64,000 nucleotides of DNA from a bacterium. GTDB taxonomy: Bacteria; RBG-13-61-14; DATKZS01. The DNA lies in assembly GCA_963674965.2 (NCBI GenBank), contig CAXXFL010000003.1, positions 492,837-556,836 on the forward strand, given 5' to 3'. Below, in pieces: positions 29,332 through 38,800 of the stretch. Each line of letters opens with the position of its first letter. Within the stretch, counting starts at the first letter, position 1. Made by a program: the position numbers and the translations under genes. A model generated the notes under the pieces. That model made no database searches. It saw only the letters and a program-made list of their open reading frames with translations, and had not been told where the DNA came from.

Positions 29332-30165
29332 TCAGACCTCGAACTTGGCGGCCGCGTTCATGATCACGGCCTTGCCGTCCTGGGTGTCGGCGGCGATGAT
29401 GCACTTGCCGTCGCCGTCGTTCCAAATCTTGGTAACGACCTTGTCGCCGGGCATGACCGGACTGCGGAAACGGACCTCGTACTCCATGAGCTTGGACGGG
29501 TCGCCGCCGCAGCACTTGTTGATGACGGCCCGGCCCACGAAGCCGAAGGTGCAAAGGCCGTGGAGGATGGGCTTTTCGAACCCGGCCATCTTGGCGAAGT
29601 TGGGGTCGACGTGGAGGGGGTTGATGTCGCCCGACAGCCTGTAGATCAGGTTCTGGATGGGCATGGTCTGGTCCTCGACGGTTATGTCGGGGGCACGGTC
29701 CGGGGCCTCGTTGCCCGCCGAGGGGCCCTTGTCCCCGCCGAAGCCGCCCGCGCCGCGCACGAACACGCCGAAGTAGTTGTCGAAGAGCGGCTCGCCGCTT
29801 TCCTTGATCTTGGTGGTGGTCTTGATGTAATAAAGGGCGCCCTTGCCCTTGTCGAACAGGTCGGTAATCTGGCCCTCAGTCACCGTCTCGGCCCTGACCG
29901 GAAGGGGACGCTTGTGGATGACTATCTTCTGCTCGCCGTGAAGTATCATCATCGGGTTGGCCCCGGTAAGGGGAATACTGCCGGCCAGGGCGGGGAAAGG
30001 CGGCACCACCGCGAAGGTCGGTATGACCTTGAGTTGTCCCTCGTACACGAAAGGCAGCTCGTAGGCCCCGATGCCAATGTTGTAGAGCACGATGTCCTTC
30101 CAGGTCCAGTTAAAATCCACCGGCGGCAGAGACTTGCCGGCGCAATCCGTTTTAATACCTCCCAT
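29332..30165 (-). CDS. MaoC-family (R)-specific enoyl-CoA hydratase 2, double hot-dog fold
   Basis: LHGEQ, DKGKGA and the hydratase-2 motif YRLSGDINPLHVDP..A..AGF..PILHGLCTFG; GGAG RBS. Confidence 0.93.
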   Translation of the reverse strand: MGGIKTDCAGKSLPPVDFNWTWKDIVLYNIGIGAYELPFVYEGQLKVIPTFAVVPPFPALAGSIPLTGANPMMILHGEQKIVIHKRPLPVRAETVTEGQITDLFDKGKGALYYIKTTTKIKESGEPLFDNYFGVFVRGAGGFGGDKGPSAGNEAPDRAPDITVEDQTMPIQNLIYRLSGDINPLHVDPNFAKMAGFEKPILHGLCTFGFVGRAVINKCCGGDPSKLMEYEVRFRSPVMPGDKVVTKIWNDGDGKCIIAADTQDGKAVIMNAAAKFEV

Positions 30166-30317
30166 TAGACTCCTCCTTGCAAAAGAACTTGAATTTCACG
30201 CCCTGGGTGGGCGGCTTGGAAAACCACAGTCGAATAACACCCGTTATATTAACAACGACTCGAGGATAATTGCAAGCTTAAACTTATCGAGCCGGCCTAT
30301 AATCTTAAAAACGCGGA

Positions 30318-30358
30318 CAAAAACAAGCCCCGGCCGGGAACTCATATCCCGCCGGGGC
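30318..30358 (-). terminator. probable intrinsic terminator after the ModE-like gene
   Basis: GCCCCGGC(C)GGGA...TCCCGCCGGGGC stem with a T-rich run on the minus strand. Confidence 0.55.
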
Positions 30359-30384
30359 CTTATGCTTTATTTTCTCGGTCGGGT

Positions 30385-30771
30385 TCAATCCCGATCGCTC
30401 TCCATGTAATCGCGGCTGAACTTGGCGAAGGTTTCCCGGGCCTCGCTTTCCATGCGGTCGTTAAGCTCGCGGAAACGTTCTATCAGCGTCTCGGCCAGGG
30501 GCGTTAGCACCGTGCCTCCTCCCTTGGCGCCTCCCGGGCTTTTGACCAGGAGCTTTTTTCCCAGGCGCTTTTCCATGGACTTGAGACGGCCCCACAGGGC
30601 CCGGTAGCTCATATTGAGTTCCTTGGCCGCCTGGTTGATCGAGCCGCTCCGTTTTATGGCCTCGAGCATGGCCACCCGGCCCATGCCGATGACCAGCTCG
30701 CCCTCCTCGTTCTCGATCCAGACCTTGAGCCGGACCGAGAAGCTTCCATTATTCTTGCCGCCGGGGCACAT
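30385..30771 (-). CDS. ModE-family winged-helix regulator (DNA-binding domain only, no TOBE domains)
   Basis: KVWIE...IGMGR..MLEAI...GSINQAAKELNMSYRALWG.L..ME...GG..GGGT.LT. Confidence 0.88.
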   Translation of the reverse strand: MCPGGKNNGSFSVRLKVWIENEEGELVIGMGRVAMLEAIKRSGSINQAAKELNMSYRALWGRLKSMEKRLGKKLLVKSPGGAKGGGTVLTPLAETLIERFRELNDRMESEARETFAKFSRDYMESDRD

Positions 30772-30837
30772 GCTTTCCTTGTCCGCCCGATTATCGGACG
30801 GCTACGGGCGGCAAGGCTCCCGCGACGCTCACGATTT

Positions 30838-33534
30838 TTACGCCTTGGCGATCTTAACCGCGCAGGCCTTGTACTCGGCCGTCTTCGAGACCGGGTCGAA
30901 GGCGGGGTTGGTCAGCCAGTTGGCGTTGCCCTCCCGGAAGTGGAAGTCCATCCATACCATGCCCTCCGGCATTTCCTTGCCGATCCTCGCCTTGACCTTT
31001 ACCTCGCCGCGGCGGGAGGCCACCTTTATACGGTCGCCGTCCTTGATGCCGTAGCGCTCGGCGTCGGCCCCTGAAATGTCGGCCACGCTCTCGCCCAGCA
31101 GCACGTTCATGCCGTCGCAGCGTCCCGTCTGGGTCCGGGTATGGTAATGGTACAATCTCCGCCCCGTGCTGAGAACGAGGGGGTATTCATCGTCCGGGAC
31201 CTCGGCCGGCGGCGTCCAGTCGATGGCGTGGAACTGGCCCAGGCCACAGGAGAACTGTCCGTCCTTGTGCAGGAAGCAGGTGCCGGGATGGTCCTCGTCC
31301 GGGCAGGGCCACTGGAGACCGTCGTTCTCGATGCGGGCGTACTTGATGCCCTTGTAGGCGGGCGCCAGCTCGGAGACCTCGTTGTCCCAGATTTCACGGG
31401 CGCTTTTGGATTCCCACTCGTGCCCGAGCCGCTTGGCGATCTCGCGGAAAATCCACCAGTTGGGCTTGGCCTGGCCGGGGGGGACCGAGGCGGTCCTTAC
31501 CCGGTTGACCCGGCGCTCGCTGTTGGTGAAAGTCCCGTCGTTCTCGCTCCAGGCCGCCGCCGGCAGGACCACGTCGGCGAAGCGGGTGGTCTCGGTGGGA
31601 AAGATGTCCTGGCAGACCAGGAACTCGGCCGACTCGAGGCAGTGCTCGACGTGGCGGATGTCCGGCTCCGAGTTGGCCGGGTTCTCGCCGAAGATGTAGA
31701 AGGCCTTGACGCTCCCGTCGATCAGGCCGTCGAACATGTCGGGCATCATGATGCCGTTCTTGTCGGACATGCCCTCGACGCCCCAGGCCTTCTCGAACTT
31801 CTCGCGGGCCGCGGCGTCGATCACCTTCTGGTAGCCGTGGTACACGTTGGGCAGGGCCCCCATGTCGCAGGCTCCCTGCACGTTGTTCTGTCCCCGCAGG
31901 GGGTTGACGCCTCCGCTCTCGACGCCCATGTTGCCAAGGAGCATCTGGAGGTTGGCCGTGCTCATGACGTTGTTCACGCCGCAGGTGTGCTCGGTGATGC
32001 CCAGGGTATAGCAAAGCATCACTGGCTTCACGCTGGCCAGCTTCCTGGCCACCTCGCGTATCTTATCGGGGGCTATGCCGCTTATGTCGGCCACGCGCTC
32101 GGGCGGATACTCGGCCACCTTTTTCTTCAAGTCCTCGAAGCCCACGGTGCAGGAATTGACGAATTCCTTGTCGTAGAGGTCCTCCTCGATGAGGACGTTC
32201 ATGATGCCGTTGAGGAAGGCAACGTCGCATCCCACTTTAATTTGAAGATGCATGCAGGCGTGTTCCGTGAGCTTGTGCGCGCGCGGATCGGCCACTATAA
32301 GCTGGGCGCCGTTCTTGACGGCGTTCTTGACGAAGGTCGCGGCCACTGGATGGGCCTCACACATATTGGAGCCGATGACGAAGAACATCTTGGCCTTGGG
32401 GAACTCGCGGAAAGAGTTGGTCATCGCGCCGGAACCGAAGCTATTCACCAGACCGGTGACGGTGGGAGCGTGTCATGTTCGTGCGCAGTGGTCAATGTTG
32501 TTGGTCTTGAATACCCCCCTGAACAGCTTCTGCATGTTATAGGAGTCCTCGTTGATGCTGCGGGCGCAGCTCACGCCGGCCACCGAGTCGGGGCCGTGCT
32601 TCTCGATGATCTCCTTAAACCTCGAGGCCACCAGGTCCAGGGCCTCGTCCCAGGAGGCCTCCCGGAACTCGCCGTTCTCCTTGATAAGGGGAGTGGTCAA
32701 GCGCTCGCCCGAGTAAATGAAGTCGAAGCCGAAGCGGCCCTTTACGCAGAGCCGGCCCTGGTTGGGCTCGGCGTTCTCCACCGCCGTGACCTTCACGACC
32801 TTGCCGCGGTTGACGTGCAGCCAAAGCTGGCAGCCCACGCCGCAATAAGGGCAGGTGGTCCTTATTTTCTGGAGGTCGAAGACGCGTCCCTTGCCCTTGG
32901 ACTTCTTCTCGGTCAGGGCGCCCGTGGGACAGGCCTGGACGCACTGGCCGCAGAACACGCAGTCGGACTCGGGATGGAGCATGGGCCGGTCGTTCATGGT
33001 CACGATCTTGGCCTCGAAGCCCCGGTTGCCGAAGCTGATGGCCCCGTTGACCTGGACCTCGTTGCAGGCCTGAACGCAACGGCCGCAGAGCACGCACTTC
33101 CTGGGGTCGCGGATGATGAAGGGGTTGTCCTCGTCGATGGGAAGCGGCTCGGCGTCGTGTTTGATCCTGACCGTTTCCACGCCGTACTCGTAGGCCAGCT
33201 TCTGGAGGTCGCAGTCGCCGTTGGCCTCGCACAGCATGCAGTCGTGCTCGCCGAAGGCGATCAGAAGCTCGAGGTTCATGCGCCGGACCTTGTGCACCTT
33301 CTCCGTGTCCGTCTCGACCGACATGCCGTCCGTGGCCGGGGTGGTGCAAGCGGGAAGGAGGTTCCTGGCCCCCTCGACCTCGACCATGCACATGCGGCAA
33401 GACCCCGTCGGGCTCACCCCCCGCATGTAACAAAGCGTGGGTATGCGGACCCCGTTTCGAGAGGCGACCTCCAAAATGGTGTCGCCCTCCTGGAAATCGT
33501 ACTCCACTCCGTTCAATTTGATTTTTTTACTCAT
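30838..33534 (-). CDS. fdhF: selenocysteine-containing formate dehydrogenase catalytic subunit (Mo/W-bisPGD) with NuoG-like Fe-S N-terminus, 898 aa
   Basis: ORFs 32473-33534 and 30838-32448 are in frame and joined by NNIDHCART-U(TGA 32473-32475)-HAPTVTGL..SFGSGAMTNS. Also 2Fe-2S, HxCxxC, 2x4Fe-4S, TTCPYCGVGC, PLRGQNNVQG and EYKACAV motifs. Confidence 0.95.
32445..32459 (-). promoter_or_regulatory. SECIS element of the fdh mRNA
   Basis: Minus strand TCACC-GGTCT-GGTGA hairpin with the loop 18 nt after TGA, the same register and GGUCU core as E. coli fdhF. Confidence 0.88.
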
Positions 33535-33612
33535 GGCAACTCCTGAATAAATTCTTCAGCTCCAACTCGAGCCGCGCGAGTCCCGCGCGGCTAAAACGCG
33601 GCCGTCCGCGTT

Positions 33613-34218
33613 TCACTCCTTGTAATAAGCCTCGCCCTGGCAGTGCAGACAGGAACCTCCGTGCTTGGACGGATATGGCTCGCCGCAACCCGGACAAATG
33701 GCCACCGCCCCGAGCTTGTGCTTGGTCAAAAACTCGGGGGCCACCTTAACGCGTCTCGTCTTGAAAAGGGCCTGGCCCGCCTTCCTGATCTCGCCGTAAA
33801 GGGCCCGGTCGTCCTGCTCCTTTTTCGGTTTGAGCTTGAAAAACCAGGTCTTCACCGCCGGATAATCCTCGAGCCGAGAGGGATCGAGGCTGACCCGGAC
33901 GCCGGCCCCGCTCGCCTTGTCGTAAAGGGTAAGGGCGAAGCGGCCCGAGTCCATGACCCTAAGCCAGCCGTTACCGAGCGAGCAAAGCGTAAGAAGCTGG
34001 ACCGCGTCGGGAAGACAAGACCTCGTCTCGCAAACGGCGTCGAACAGAACGCCCTCCCCCAGGCTCGAGCGGGCCAACTCGACCATGGGGCCGCCTATCA
34101 TGAGGCCCGGCGCGGGAAAGCCGTGGAAGTCCCGCACCAACTCCATGTATTCCTCATAAGTAAAGGCCCGGCCCTTGTGGTCCCGGCACCAGAAATCGTC
34201 CCTTTTATCGTCCGTCAT
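33613..34218 (-). CDS. FmdE-family protein (formylmethanofuran dehydrogenase subunit E-like) with C-terminal Zn finger
   Basis: FHGFPAPG..IG, CETRSCLPDAVQLLT.CS.GNG and a C-terminal CPGCGE...CLHC. Confidence 0.88.
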   Translation of the reverse strand: MTDDKRDDFWCRDHKGRAFTYEEYMELVRDFHGFPAPGLMIGGPMVELARSSLGEGVLFDAVCETRSCLPDAVQLLTLCSLGNGWLRVMDSGRFALTLYDKASGAGVRVSLDPSRLEDYPAVKTWFFKLKPKKEQDDRALYGEIRKAGQALFKTRRVKVAPEFLTKHKLGAVAICPGCGEPYPSKHGGSCLHCQGEAYYKE

Positions 34219-34460
34219 TCAGTACTTCGCTTCCCGAAAAATTTTCAAAAGTTCCGCGACCGGCCGCGAAAGGTCCCGCCCGCCGGCGAAAATTATCCCG
34301 GATTTAATTTTCCCTTTTAAATCCGGCTAACTGTCCGTCTCCCGCGCCCCTTTCAGGGCCGCGAGACAAAAGACATAAAGATGTTAGCATCCATGGGATA
34401 AAAGGTCAAACAATAAAGCCCCTTGCGTGGGCCTGGTTTGCCTCCCCCCGAGCCTTGCCC

Positions 34461-34498
34461 GTAGGGTGCATGATTTTGTTTTAAAAACAAAATCATGC
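34461..34498. repeat. GTAG-footed REP-like palindrome
   Basis: GTAG-GGT-GCATGATTTTGTTTT-A-AAAACAAAATCATGC (perfect 15-bp arms). Confidence 0.65.
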
Positions 34499-34887
34499 GG
34501 GATTTCATCGGCGACAATCAGGCGGGAGAAAATAATTGTCCAATGTTAACGCCGGATTTTGCATGAATTTGGTCGAGTACTTGCCTTGTCAGGGGGTTGG
34601 ACCACCGCGTTGGAAATTGAATGATCCAGTGTATCGAGTCGGGAGATGGCGTTGCATTATGACTCACATAAGGTATACTTTGACGTGGAATCCGGTTTGC
34701 CCAAGCGCGCGCGGGGGGGACTTCTTTCAAGATATCACTTTCAAAAAGACGCGAGCCTGGCCGACGGTTTTTACCGTTATTAGCGATATGGGGTAATACA
34801 CGACTCACAAGGGGCCAAGGCGCCCATTAACGTTTTTTTGAGATTACGGCCGCGCGCGGGAACGATGACAAAATCCAGATAAGCGAG

Positions 34888-36114
34888 ATGACCATGGAAA
34901 GCCCCAATAAGATCCGGCGAAGCAAGGCGCCCAAGACCCGCGGCAAAATAATTAAAAAAATACTTTTCACGTTCTGCGCCCTTTTCCTGTTCCTTGCCGT
35001 TCTTGATTTTAGCTGCTGGATATATCTTCGCCGGAACTGGTATTTCAAGATTTTTCGGCCCGATAATGAGTTGATCTATTCCTTACGTCCCGGCGGAAGT
35101 TACTCAAGCCCGATTGGAGGAATGACTCCCGGCCACTGGAAACCGGAAGCCCCCAGGGTCACCGTCAAAGTAAACCAGGACGGGTATCGTGGAAAGCCCG
35201 TTCCTCTCGCCAAGCAACCCGGTGAATTCCGCGTTATCTGCATGGGTGACTCGATCACCATGGGCCTGGACGTGGAAGAGGATAAAACCTATTGTGCCCT
35301 GCTCCAGAAAATGCTTTCCGAAAAAATGCCGGGACGCAAGGTTACCACCATAAACGGAGGCGTTATCAGCTATACCTCCAGGCAGGGTATTTACCTGTTT
35401 ATAAAAAAGTTCCTGGCCTATAAGCCGGACATGGTCATATGGGCCTACGGGTTCAACGACCAGAGTCCCCTCATTGGACATAAAATACGGGACGTGGACC
35501 TTATTCCCATCGCTCCCGGGGCCGAGGCGCCAATTGGGGGCCTGAAAAAGAACGCGATCATGTTCATCATCCACAGGCCAACCCTATGGATGGCGACGCG
35601 CGTGATCGGGAGAGTGATATTGCAGGCAAGGGCCGCTAAATTCATGGAGCGACTGGGACAGATAGATAAAAGCAAGCTGCCCGCCCCCAAGTCTACCGAG
35701 AAATCATTCGAAAACTCCAAGACGCCGCCCGGGGATTTCAGAATACAACTGCTCTATATTAACGACCTGGCCCGTGAAAACAACTTCCGCATGGTCGTGC
35801 TCCACACCTTCGGAACAAGCGACGTCTATGGCCGGATATCCGAGCGGTTCGCCCGTGAAAACGATGTCCCCTATATAGATTTCGCCCAGATTTTCATGTC
35901 AAAAAGCATCCTCGCCGGCCAGGGGAAATTCGCCGATCAAGAACCCTATAAATCGATGCTCGAACGATACGAACCCTTCATGAACCCCGGCATGCTTGAA
36001 AAATGGCCCCTCCACTACCTGACGACCGATAACCTCCATCCAAACGACTTAGGTCACCACCTGATCGCCACCGAACTGACCAAGACCATATTGGAGCAAA
36101 CGCCAAGACGATAG
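34888..36114 (+). CDS. membrane-anchored SGNH/GDSL hydrolase
   Basis: N-terminal TM helix; VNQDGYRG, MGDSIT (block I), GFND (block III) and DNLHPN..GH (block V). Confidence 0.88.
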   Translation: MTMESPNKIRRSKAPKTRGKIIKKILFTFCALFLFLAVLDFSCWIYLRRNWYFKIFRPDNELIYSLRPGGSYSSPIGGMTPGHWKPEAPRVTVKVNQDGYRGKPVPLAKQPGEFRVICMGDSITMGLDVEEDKTYCALLQKMLSEKMPGRKVTTINGGVISYTSRQGIYLFIKKFLAYKPDMVIWAYGFNDQSPLIGHKIRDVDLIPIAPGAEAPIGGLKKNAIMFIIHRPTLWMATRVIGRVILQARAAKFMERLGQIDKSKLPAPKSTEKSFENSKTPPGDFRIQLLYINDLARENNFRMVVLHTFGTSDVYGRISERFARENDVPYIDFAQIFMSKSILAGQGKFADQEPYKSMLERYEPFMNPGMLEKWPLHYLTTDNLHPNDLGHHLIATELTKTILEQTPRR

Positions 36115-36149
36115 GAGAAGCCATAATCGACTGGGCTTATTTTTATCAC

Positions 36150-36447
36150 TGAGGTGGAGAACCGGATCAAGGAAGGCAAGAACGCGCTCGATTGGGACAA
36201 GACCGGCCGTCACGGTTCCGACGCCAACCTTGCCCGTTTGAAGATGGGCGTGGCGGCCTGCAACCTTGTGCAACTGATCCGGGGGTGGGGGGGCTTTCGG
36301 CGAGGAGGTCCGCCACTCGATGGAGTGGCTAATCCTTCGTCTAATCAAGGTGGGGTAAGGACGTCGTATCATGCCCGGCGGTGGCGCTCGCGTCACTTCG
36401 GCCTTTCCGCCGGCACATCACCGCCGGGCGGTTTTCGGTTATGGTCA
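36150..36447 (+). pseudogene. degraded 3' fragment of an IS1380-family transposase
   Basis: VENRIKEGKNALDWDKT...ANLARLKMGV.A.NL. Shifted frames then give EEVRHSMEWLILRLIKVG, RTSYHARRW and SAFPPAHHRRAVFG. Confidence 0.7.
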
Positions 36448-36482
36448 TACCGTTCGTGATCGCTATGGGGAAATTATTTAAA

Positions 36483-36512
36483 TTGACAGCGGGGATTGCG
36501 GGGTGGTATGTT
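36483..36512 (+). promoter_or_regulatory. sigma70-type promoter with extended -10
   Basis: TTGACA-18 nt-TATGTT with TG immediately upstream (TGn). Confidence 0.5.
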
Positions 36513-36599
36513 CAAACGGCGTTTTAAGGGAATCAACGCCGCCGTTTTTGTCCGCCAGTTGATCGAGCAAACGTCCGGAAGACGAGGTCGGCGGGCGAG

Positions 36600-38156
36600 A
36601 TGGCGGCTTACCGCGTAATCTCAGACAATTTGACCGGGACGGAAACCATCGTGGACTCCGATACGATTAAAGATAAAGAGGGCCCGCGGCTTCGGTGGGC
36701 GGCGCTTTTGGTTCCGGCGGTGGTCGGGACCGCGGCCAACCTCTGGCACGGGGCCTTCATCATAGACGACACCTACATCGGACTCCGTTATATCGAGAAC
36801 CTGGTCCGGGGCCGGGGGTTCGTGTTCAACCAGGGGGAGGCGGTGCTTTCGATTTCCAGCCCGCTTTACTGCCTCCTTTTGGCGCTCTTGCGCTGGACGG
36901 GCCTGGACCTCGAGTGGAGCGCGGTGTTCTTAAACGTGGTCTTTGTGGCGGTGATGCTGGTCCTGGTCGGGCTGATCGCGCTCCGGAGCCTAAAACCGCC
37001 GCTTACTCTGGCGCTGGGCCTTTTGATCGGTCTTTTTCCGTTGACGTGGTTCACGGCCAATTCCGGGATGGAGACCGGGATGAGCATGGTCGCGGTTTAC
37101 GGGACGTTCCTGGCCCTTTTCACCGGCCATTGGTTCTGGGCCGGCGTCGCGGCTAGCGTGGCGGTGCAGGTCCGGCCGGACGGGGTCCTGCTGATCGGGC
37201 TGGCCGCGGCGTACGTCGCGCTCAAGGACCGACGCAAGCTGTGGCAATTCCTGCTCCCGCTCGCGGTCCTGGCCCTGCCCTGGCTGATCTACGCTACGGC
37301 GACCTACGGCTCCCCCATCCCGACCTCGATCATGGCCAAGCGCGCCAACCACGCCACCGCCGCCCCGGTAATTATAAAACGAATCGGCGGACTTCTCCTG
37401 CTGATCTTCCCGATCTCGATTTTCTCCCTGGTCGGGATGATCCGGGCGGCTCGGGAGCGGTCCGAGCTTCTCTTGATCGCGGCCTGGATGGCGCTGTACA
37501 TGGCGGGGCTGGTCGCGGCCGGGATTGACCTTCTCCAGTTCATCTGGTATTTCAGCCCGCTGGCGCCGGGCATGGCGCTCATGGCGGCGTACGGGATTGA
37601 CGGGCTTGCCGAAAAATGGGCGGCGCGGCGGCCGGCGACCGACCAAAGGCGCCGGACCGCGGGCCGGGCGGCGCTGATATATTTTATCGCGTTGGCGGCC
37701 GTCTTCGGTGCCTTGACCGTTCCGCTAAAACATTTCCTCGTCCTGACCGGCCATGACCGGGTCGTGAAATACCTCATGATCGGAAAGTGGATCAACGACC
37801 ACGCCCGGCCGGACGACGTGGTGATGGTGGCCGAGTGCGGGGCCTTGGGCTATATGCTGATGGATCATTACGTCCTTGACCAGTCCGGGCTCAACAACCC
37901 GGAGGTCTATGAAGTCTGCCGGCCCGGGCCCGCGCCCGGACCCAAGGCCCCCCCGGATTTCCGGCCCCGATTTCTCACCAGGGAATGCGAGCTCGCGCTC
38001 ATCAGGGAACGGCGGCCCGATTACATCATGACCTTTGAAATGTTCATGCACGTCGGCGAGCTGGCCCAGGACCCCTGGTTCCGAAATTCCTACCGCCGCG
38101 TTGATCTCGGCGACGATAAGCTCAACTCCTATATCCTACTGGAGAAGGTACGATGA
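36600..38156 (+). CDS. GT-C-fold membrane glycosyltransferase-like protein
   Basis: DDTYI..RY..N...G.G.VFN.GE.V...SSPL, SGMET, RPDG and a C-terminal G..GY...LD..GL domain. Confidence 0.75.
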   Translation: MAAYRVISDNLTGTETIVDSDTIKDKEGPRLRWAALLVPAVVGTAANLWHGAFIIDDTYIGLRYIENLVRGRGFVFNQGEAVLSISSPLYCLLLALLRWTGLDLEWSAVFLNVVFVAVMLVLVGLIALRSLKPPLTLALGLLIGLFPLTWFTANSGMETGMSMVAVYGTFLALFTGHWFWAGVAASVAVQVRPDGVLLIGLAAAYVALKDRRKLWQFLLPLAVLALPWLIYATATYGSPIPTSIMAKRANHATAAPVIIKRIGGLLLLIFPISIFSLVGMIRAARERSELLLIAAWMALYMAGLVAAGIDLLQFIWYFSPLAPGMALMAAYGIDGLAEKWAARRPATDQRRRTAGRAALIYFIALAAVFGALTVPLKHFLVLTGHDRVVKYLMIGKWINDHARPDDVVMVAECGALGYMLMDHYVLDQSGLNNPEVYEVCRPGPAPGPKAPPDFRPRFLTRECELALIRERRPDYIMTFEMFMHVGELAQDPWFRNSYRRVDLGDDKLNSYILLEKVR

Positions 38157-38431
38157 GGCTTGAGGCGCTAGGCGCGTGAGTGGGGGCGCCCGCGTAAAAA
38201 AACTTGTCCGAGAACAATTCTTGAAAATCAAATCCAGCCGGTAACGTAACCGCGCAAACCGAGGTCCGGACCCGATGAATGGAGATAAGATCGCCAAAAA
38301 CTCAAAAAAGTCCTTGGACTGACGATATCATGCTCCAGGAGGTGGATGAACTCTTCGACATTGTCGACCCGATGGAAGATGACGGCGACGACTCCCGATC
38401 TCCCCGCCATACCCGCCACGCCGTCATTCTT

Positions 38432-38539
38432 CGCGCCGCGCCTTCGGCGCTTGGGTCCTTTCTTAACCTCATTCCCAGGGTTCCGGACGCTCCCGCGTCC
38501 TCCACTCCTGGGCTGTAGACCTTCGCCCCGTTCGGGGCT
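38432..38539. repeat. multi-hairpin REP-like intergenic element (second family)
   Basis: Nested stems GCGCC-TTC-GGCGC, CCCAGG...CCTGGG enclosing GGACGC/GCGTCC, and GCCCC-GTTC-GGGGC. Confidence 0.5.
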
Positions 38540-38559
38540 TTGCGGGAGCGACAAGTATA

Positions 38560-38795
38560 GGTGCTTTGGCTGGGCGGCGCGGGCCGCGAATAAGACACGG
38601 CCGCGAGGAGAGGCGTGGCGGCGGGGTGGCCCATCGCAATATTGTCTTCAATATTGCGTTGGCGGCGAAGCCGCAGGCTGATCGCCTCTGACGCCAATCG
38701 TATTGAAAGGCCTTTTTCAAGTGGAGAAGCTAAAAACAATCCGCGCGTAATTTAGGAAATAGCAATACTCAGCCAGCGGCTACGCCGGGTCACCC
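38560..38795. repeat. composite REP/REPIN-like element; inverted copies of 52658-52717 and 52744-52938
   Basis: 38560-38619 matches the reverse complement of 52658-52717. 38623-38795 (GGGGTGGCCCATCGCAATATTGTCTTCAATA...) matches the reverse complement of 52744-52938. Confidence 0.85.
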
Positions 38796-38800
38796 TCCTG

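Noticed and set aside
30838-33534. Two separate genes (353 aa and 536 aa) or a nonsense pseudogene
   Set aside because: The TGA sits exactly at the Mo/W-ligand position (CARxUH), the frames are continuous and a SECIS follows.
31141-33546. Long antisense ORFs (801 aa here; also 8262-10550, 2610-4454, 58658-60826, 57050-58618 and others)
   Set aside because: Shadow frames of GC-rich genes on the opposite strand, with no motifs of their own.
34536-34796. Possible RAYT/Y1 transposase remnant (RY...NPV) beside the GTAG palindrome
   Set aside because: Only a three-residue resemblance and no HUH motif.
38279-38518. 79-aa ORF with an acidic stretch
   Set aside because: No RBS or homology cue, and its 3' half is the hairpin repeat element.
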